Source: a bacterium
GTDB taxonomy: Bacteria > DRYD01
Reading direction: 5' to 3'
Assembly (NCBI GenBank): GCA_039630415.1
Contig: JBCNVB010000025.1
Location: 11,419 to 75,418, forward strand
DNA length: 64,000 nt
The notes under the pieces were generated by a model. The model had not been told where the DNA came from. It saw only the letters and a program-made list of their open reading frames with translations, and did no database searches. The translations under genes and the position numbers were made by a program. Positions 58,579-64,000 of the stretch are shown in pieces; position 1 is the first letter of the stretch; the number at the start of each line of letters is the position of its first letter.

Positions 58579-59556
58579 TCATATTTTAGCTATTTCTATG
58601 TTTTCTAGCATCTTCATCGCTATTTTCAATGATTTTATTCCATTTTCTAGATTCACTAACGGCTCTCTATCATTTATGACACTATTCACAAATTCCATTA
58701 TCTCTAACTTTAAAGATTCTTCCCTGATTATATTAGGTATTTCAATTTTAACTTCAAAAGATTCTACATCAGTGTTTTTGTAAATATTGGATGGTACGTG
58801 ATGTATTTCCATATATTGGAGAATCAAATCTACATAGATTGAGTTATTTGGTTGTACTATTCTCATTTTTCTTTCTTTTGATGGGTAACATCTACTTGCT
58901 GTCATTATAGCTATACTTCCGTTATCAAATATTACTTTTCCTACGGCTATGTCTTCATTGTTTGTGAAGTTATATACACTATTACCGACTGAGCTAATGC
59001 TTTTTATTTGCCTATTTTTCATCAGGTAATTGACGATGATATCGATATCGTGTATCATTAGATCGAGTAGTACACCTGTAGAAGGTTTTCTACTTGGAAG
59101 CGGTCCCATTCTTCTACATTCTATAAATATGGGATTTGTTATGTGGTTAGATAATTGCCTTATAGCTGGGTTAAATCTTTCAGTAAATCCAACCATTACA
59201 TGTACTCCTAATTTTTCAGCATAATACTTTATTTCTTCAGCTTTTTCAACAGAATCAGCTATGGGTTTTTCAATTAAAAGATGCTTCCCTTTTTTAATAC
59301 ATGGTATAGCTATTTCGTGATGTTTATCAGTAGGTGCAGCTATTGAAAGTATATCACATTCATCTACTATTTCTTCGAATGATTTATAGCTCTTAACACC
59401 GAGGTTTTCTGCTACCAAATCAGCCTTGGAAAAGTCTATATCATAAACACCTTGCAATTTTACGGCATTATTTAGGGTTGAGTATATTCTGGCATGATGA
59501 AAACCCATGTATCCAACACCAATAACACCAGCTTTTAAAAGTTTATTGTTTTTCAT
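58579..59556 (-). CDS. Gfo/Idh/MocA-family NAD-dependent oxidoreductase (GnnA-like candidate)
   Basis: Rossmann motif AGVIGVGYMG; EKP motif LLIEKPIA. ATG at 59556; the tracked start at 59601 lies deep inside fabZ. Confidence 0.8.
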   Translation of the reverse strand: MKNNKLLKAGVIGVGYMGFHHARIYSTLNNAVKLQGVYDIDFSKADLVAENLGVKSYKSFEEIVDECDILSIAAPTDKHHEIAIPCIKKGKHLLIEKPIADSVEKAEEIKYYAEKLGVHVMVGFTERFNPAIRQLSNHITNPIFIECRRMGPLPSRKPSTGVLLDLMIHDIDIIVNYLMKNRQIKSISSVGNSVYNFTNNEDIAVGKVIFDNGSIAIMTASRCYPSKERKMRIVQPNNSIYVDLILQYMEIHHVPSNIYKNTDVESFEVKIEIPNIIREESLKLEIMEFVNSVINDREPLVNLENGIKSLKIAMKMLENIEIAKI

Positions 59557-60019
59557 TTCCTGTGCTTTTGATCTGTTGCTTATCGTTTTTTTTGAGAGCA
59601 AAATTCAGATTTCCCTCAGCAACCAGCTCATCATTTACAAATACTTGTGCATAAGCAAATGGGAAATAGTTATCCTTTATCTTTTTTATTGATAGTTTTT
59701 TCACTTTTATTGTAAGAGTATCACCAGGCTTAACTATTTTTTTGAATTTAAAATTTTCAACCCCTAACAGTAAGGCCAAATATTCATCTTTTTTTTCGAA
59801 TGAGGAAAGGAAGAGAACGCCGGCTGCCTGAGCAACGGCTTCTATTATTATTACTCCCGGTAAAACCGGATTGTTTGGGAAATGTCCTACAAAAAACCAC
59901 TCATTGTTACTTACATTTTTCTGCGCTACTATTTCCTCAGAATTCATGCTTATTATCTTGTCTATGAACAGAAAAGGGTATCTATGAGGCAAAGACCTAA
60001 ATATAATCTCTTCCACCAT
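59543..60019 (-). CDS. fabZ: 3-hydroxyacyl-ACP dehydratase FabZ
   Basis: LPHRYPFLFIDKI, FFVGHFPNNPVLPGVIIIEAVAQ. Confidence 0.9.
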   Translation of the reverse strand: MVEEIIFRSLPHRYPFLFIDKIISMNSEEIVAQKNVSNNEWFFVGHFPNNPVLPGVIIIEAVAQAAGVLFLSSFEKKDEYLALLLGVENFKFKKIVKPGDTLTIKVKKLSIKKIKDNYFPFAYAQVFVNDELVAEGNLNFALKKNDKQQIKSTGNEKQ

Positions 60020-60043
60020 CCATAATAAATTCTACTTTCTGAT

Positions 60044-61369
60044 TTACAAACCTGCATAAATCAGTTTAGACATATTTCTGAGTATAAACTCTCCTTCATG
60101 TGGTGCTGCTACTTCACTAAACCCTATTTTACCTATCTCTACAAATCTTGTTATTCCACATGTAGCTAGTTCTTTACAAAATAGTTTACTATCTTTCACT
60201 TTTAAACTGCAGCTTTGAAGTATGTCATGATATTTAGATAAAATCTGCTTTAGCTGATCTAAATTTTTTACTACCTTTACGCACACAAATCTATTCAGTG
60301 GACCAATAAATAAGTCATACTTATCAAAATCAAGTAATACTCTTTCTAAGTATTTACCCTTACCTAAAACTTGACTAGCTATGGATATTTCGTGATATTT
60401 AAATAATTCGGTATATTCGTCAAAAGAGAGTTCTGGTTGCTGGATTTGAAAATTTTGGATGGCTTGTGAAAGTTTTTGACAGAATTCCTGCGCAGTTTGT
60501 TGATCTATATCACCGAGAAGGTATACAGTTTGAACTGAAGAGCATGCTCTTTGTTCCCATAAACATATGTCCCACGCTAAAGAACTACATATTTGATCGA
60601 TGTTTTGATATATACTTTCCTGATCTATAACTGCTATGCTATATTTAGGTCCATACAGGATTAGTCTTTTAGTTGGTTCATAGTTGGTTCTATAAAACTT
60701 TATAGCTTCATAACCACCCCATACAACTACACCATCGGTATATTTATTAAGATACTCTATCAACTCTTCTGAAGAAGCAGATATTATAGCTATATTATTT
60801 GATATTAATCCTTCCATTTGTAATTCTTTTTCTGCCTTTTTAAGAGTATCGATCCATAATAAACCAAAAAAGTTGCCTACCTTGCTTGATGTTTTAACAA
60901 TATTAATGTTTTTAGTTATAATTCCACATAGTAAAGAATCTATGGCTGATACGAATACATTTCCTGCTGTAATATGTGCAAGTACTCCAAGTGGAAAAAG
61001 TCTTACATTACCAACCCAGTTATCTAAAACCTCTATATCACCTATCTCAACAGTTATTCTTTTTTCTAGATTATCCATAGTAAAGATTCTACATAGTTCT
61101 GTTATAGCAAGCTTTATCATTTCTGGACTAAAACCTATATGCTGTAGATTTTCAAACACCGTTGGATACAAACTATTATCACTTAACCAAAAATTACTAA
61201 CTTTATCTATAATCTTCATTATATCTCTTACTTTTATGTCAATCAGAGAATATTTTTTACTATTAGCTTCCTTAAAAACCATTTCCAGTTGTTCTTTAGA
61301 TAAATCTCTATAAATTTGTCCAAAAACGTAATGACCATTAATCGATTCTACCATAGATAAACCTTTCAT
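60044..61369 (-). CDS. LuxC-like acyl-CoA reductase family protein
   Basis: 441 aa; LAHITAGNV, VVWGG, WEQRACSS (candidate catalytic Cys) resemble the LuxC family. Confidence 0.6.
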   Translation of the reverse strand: MKGLSMVESINGHYVFGQIYRDLSKEQLEMVFKEANSKKYSLIDIKVRDIMKIIDKVSNFWLSDNSLYPTVFENLQHIGFSPEMIKLAITELCRIFTMDNLEKRITVEIGDIEVLDNWVGNVRLFPLGVLAHITAGNVFVSAIDSLLCGIITKNINIVKTSSKVGNFFGLLWIDTLKKAEKELQMEGLISNNIAIISASSEELIEYLNKYTDGVVVWGGYEAIKFYRTNYEPTKRLILYGPKYSIAVIDQESIYQNIDQICSSLAWDICLWEQRACSSVQTVYLLGDIDQQTAQEFCQKLSQAIQNFQIQQPELSFDEYTELFKYHEISIASQVLGKGKYLERVLLDFDKYDLFIGPLNRFVCVKVVKNLDQLKQILSKYHDILQSCSLKVKDSKLFCKELATCGITRFVEIGKIGFSEVAAPHEGEFILRNMSKLIYAGL

Positions 61370-63386
61370 AGAGATTTACAAATGTTTTAAATCTTTGAAA
61401 AACGGGATCTTGTATATCTTTTATTACCATTTCTCTTAGTGTAAGATGAGTTGGGAAAAGCAGATCAGAATACTTAAAATATTCCATAAACAAAGAATAA
61501 GTTTTAGAAAAATCCTTTGGGTTAAGATTAGCAAAATTGACCGTTAACAAGTAGTTTTTGATATATTTTTTCCTGATGTTTAAATATGACATAAATACGA
61601 GGAAGGAAATAATGGATATGAATAATGTTGTAATTACTAATTTGAGTAGGTAGGAAAGGTTTTCTACCAATTCAGGTTCAATCCCTTCCAACGGAGATAC
61701 AGAAGATAATACACTTCGTTGATAAAGATATTGAATTGTTTTTTGATCTACATTAGAAGGACTAGGATCTACAGGTACCCATCCCAAAGGAGTTAAAACC
61801 TCTACCCAAGCGTGTGCATCATCCGCATATACATTCATATACCCCGTAAAAATATCCTTTTCCTTAGGTAAATACCCAAGTGCTATTCTACAAGGTATAC
61901 CAATAGATCTCAACATTATAGCTAAAGCACTGGAAAATTGTTCACAATATCCTCTATACTTAACAAATAGAAACTCATATACAGGTTCTTCTTTCGGCTC
62001 TTCTATAAACAAATCATACGTATAATTCTTTTCCAAATAATATTTTATACCTTCAACTTTATCCCAAAAATTATCGTATTCTGAACTGATAGATTCAGCA
62101 AGTTGCTTTATACGAATTGACAAACCATCAGGTAATTCCAAATAAACTTTGTAATTAATATTCCTAAACATTATCCTTTCTAAAAAAATTTGATAATCTT
62201 TCATACTTAAATCTTTAATCTTTTCAAAGTCAAAGTATATTATTTTGGTACTTATGGTATAGGTTAATCCTTTAACCAGAGGATATTCAGTATAGAAATT
62301 TTGATTTTTGATTCTCAAATAGTTAGAAGGGAAAAAGGCTTCAAAGGGAACAGGGATATGGTAAAGTATGTCAGGTAAATCCTGCAAAACAACATAGTAA
62401 GTATTTACTACTTTCGAAGTATAGTAATCAAACTCTGAAGGTAGCGAAAAATAGGAATAAGATCCGGAAGATATTATAATTTCCGATTGATCACCATTAT
62501 ACCATTTTTTACCATCATACTGGGCTAGATGTATACCCTTGATATAAGTAACTGTAGGTGCTTTCACTTTCATAACTACTATATGAGGCAATAAACCCCT
62601 ATCAGTCAAATCCATCTGACCTTTAAAGCTTCTATATGTATGATTTTTCGAGAATATATTCTCTATTGATTGCTTATTTTGTTCATATTTTGTAGTTGGT
62701 ATGTAATTACTTAGTTCTTGCCTAGGTGTAAATACGTATCTAAGAAAATATCCTCCAGTTGGCTTAGGCAGTATTATAAACAATATAAAACCCAAAATAA
62801 ACACAAAACTAACTAATCCAAAACTTATCCTTGATAATATTCTAATCCAGCCTCTTATGTTGTCATCAAGATCCATAGAGAACAAAGTGACAAAAAGTAT
62901 AAAAAAGAAAATAAACATAAATAAAGGCAAAAACGAAGATATTGATATAGCACTTAGAACCATTAGTATAACCATACTTGAGGCAATCGAGTACAATATA
63001 TCCTTTTTCTTAGGTAAATCAAAGCTATGTATTAAGAGTAGCACTATAAGAAGCTCTATTAGAGGTATTCTTGGATCATATATACTGCCAGCTAGTTCTT
63101 TAAAAAAATTTACCGCAGCTATTATCATTGACAATGCCAGAATAAACTTTACGAAATATTGTGGACTATTTCTATGATACCAACTCCAAATATAACCTAA
63201 AATTAAAATAAGAGAATAGTAAAAGGCTTTTGTAATAAACTCTATCTCAAATATCGTAAAAAATATGAATATTCCATAAGCCCAGATTGTTATTAAACAT
63301 AGTAAACAAGACAGTATTCTAAAACACACACATGCTTCTTGGTTATTCATGTCCCAAAACCTTGTAATAGTACAAATAAACCTCAT
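61338..63386 (-). CDS. transglutaminase-like membrane protein
   Basis: N-terminal multi-TM region, then a Cys-His-Asp core (GYCEQFSSA, DAHAWVEV, VDPS), then a C-terminal TM. Confidence 0.75.
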   Translation of the reverse strand: MRFICTITRFWDMNNQEACVCFRILSCLLCLITIWAYGIFIFFTIFEIEFITKAFYYSLILILGYIWSWYHRNSPQYFVKFILALSMIIAAVNFFKELAGSIYDPRIPLIELLIVLLLIHSFDLPKKKDILYSIASSMVILMVLSAISISSFLPLFMFIFFFILFVTLFSMDLDDNIRGWIRILSRISFGLVSFVFILGFILFIILPKPTGGYFLRYVFTPRQELSNYIPTTKYEQNKQSIENIFSKNHTYRSFKGQMDLTDRGLLPHIVVMKVKAPTVTYIKGIHLAQYDGKKWYNGDQSEIIISSGSYSYFSLPSEFDYYTSKVVNTYYVVLQDLPDILYHIPVPFEAFFPSNYLRIKNQNFYTEYPLVKGLTYTISTKIIYFDFEKIKDLSMKDYQIFLERIMFRNINYKVYLELPDGLSIRIKQLAESISSEYDNFWDKVEGIKYYLEKNYTYDLFIEEPKEEPVYEFLFVKYRGYCEQFSSALAIMLRSIGIPCRIALGYLPKEKDIFTGYMNVYADDAHAWVEVLTPLGWVPVDPSPSNVDQKTIQYLYQRSVLSSVSPLEGIEPELVENLSYLLKLVITTLFISIISFLVFMSYLNIRKKYIKNYLLTVNFANLNPKDFSKTYSLFMEYFKYSDLLFPTHLTLREMVIKDIQDPVFQRFKTFVNLYERFIYGRID

Positions 63387-64000
63387 CCGAACCGTTGTAA
63401 GAAATCAGTTTTTTGATGTACTCTTTTGCTTTTTGATAATTCCCAATTATGTAACTACTAAAGAAAGCTCTAAAGTTAATATACTCATTATCGTATCCTT
63501 CTTGAATAGCCTTTTCATATAAAAACAAAGCATTAGAGTAGTCAGTTTTATTTTTAGATAATTTTTCAACAAACATACCCTTTAAAAACAGTCCATATAC
63601 TTCATATTTCTCATAAAGATCTCCCAATACACCAAAATAGCTATCTAAATTAGAAGGGTAAGTATTTGTTAATAAGTACATCGTTAAAATCGTTTCATAA
63701 TATTTCTTTTTTATTTCATTTACTTTGCTTTCCCTAAATTTTTTTTGATTTTTTTCGAGATTTTCTATAGATTCAAAATATTTACCCTTGATAAAATTAA
63801 CAATAGAACTGGCTAGTATATGTATTTCCGGATTAAGATTTTTTGAAATCATCGCACAATTATTCAGATACTCAATGGCATTAATTTGATACCCATTTAT
63901 CCAGTAATAAAAACCTACACAGAAATAAAGATAAGGCAAATATTTTTGATTCTTTATTTCGAGCACTATTTCCTTAAATTTATTAACTATATCAGTGCCC
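63343..64000 (-). CDS. TPR-like helical-repeat protein, 5' end beyond the window
   Basis: The frame stays open to position 64000 by my own check. It contains repeated aromatic/Ala-spaced helices (YYWINGYQINAIEYLNN, ALFLYEKAIQEGY). Confidence 0.5.
   Translation of the reverse strand, partial: GTDIVNKFKEIVLEIKNQKYLPYLYFCVGFYYWINGYQINAIEYLNNCAMISKNLNPEIHILASSIVNFIKGKYFESIENLEKNQKKFRESKVNEIKKKYYETILTMYLLTNTYPSNLDSYFGVLGDLYEKYEVYGLFLKGMFVEKLSKNKTDYSNALFLYEKAIQEGYDNEYINFRAFFSSYIIGNYQKAKEYIKKLISYNGSDEVYLYYYKVLGHE

Noticed and set aside
1-64000. Alternative genetic code (UGA recoding), as seen in some AT-rich lineages
   Set aside because: Long conserved genes (dnaE, recA, sbcC, hflX) are uninterrupted under the standard code. 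TGA is used as a genuine stop (for example coaX at 46363..46365 and pilT at 3201..3203).
1-64000. Mobile elements, prophage, CRISPR-Cas, restriction-modification or other recognisable defence islands
   Set aside because: I saw no integrase, transposase, reverse transcriptase, Cas, methylase/endonuclease pair or repeat-spacer array. The window looks like core chromosome.

Overview
This is a visibly AT-rich 64-kb chromosomal segment (roughly 30% GC by eye, not computed). It is very gene-dense, and most proteins are recognisable but strongly diverged. The host appears to be a diderm bacterium. I call about 68 CDS and 3 tRNAs (Trp-CCA, Ser-GCU, Arg-UCG). I found no rRNA, CRISPR array, transposase, integrase or phage genes.

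The content is core housekeeping:
- Replication and repair: dnaE, recA, recF, sbcC, comM and a DciA-like gene.
- Translation and RNA: rpmA, rnpA, tsaD, rsmA, hflX, an Rne/Rng RNase, a TrmH-like gene and thpR.
- Folate, heme and CoA metabolism: folE, a folD-like gene, an MTHFR-like gene, hemB and coaX.
- LPS and lipid A: lptD-like, lpxC, lpxA and fabZ.
- Scattered type IV pilus / type II secretion parts: pilT, five pseudopilin-like genes and a GspF-like platform protein.
- Signalling: two Ser/Thr kinases and a PP2C phosphatase.

Genes are packed with many start/stop overlaps, and convergent genes abut without terminators.

Most notable observations:
1. lpxC is missed by the ORF track because a 1-nt frame break sits in an A10 run. 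The lptD-like gene has the same kind of break in a T10 run at its start. Both need +1 nt, and these are the only two runs of 10 or more that I saw.
2. Two CDS start 9-10 nt after a tRNA 3' end with no Shine-Dalgarno sequence, and one CDS runs 33 nt into tRNA-Arg.
3. A three-domain FliG-like protein with Pro/Thr-rich inserts has no flagellar neighbours.
4. An aldehyde-dehydrogenase-like ORF lacks the whole catalytic domain.
5. A secreted thioredoxin-fold protein has lost its CXXC and carries metallothionein-like Cys clusters.
6. The fabZ-lpxA cluster carries a GnnA-like oxidoreductase and a LuxC-like acyl-CoA reductase.

I see no clear defence or mobile system. Functional statements rest on by-eye motif recognition and need HMM or BLAST confirmation.
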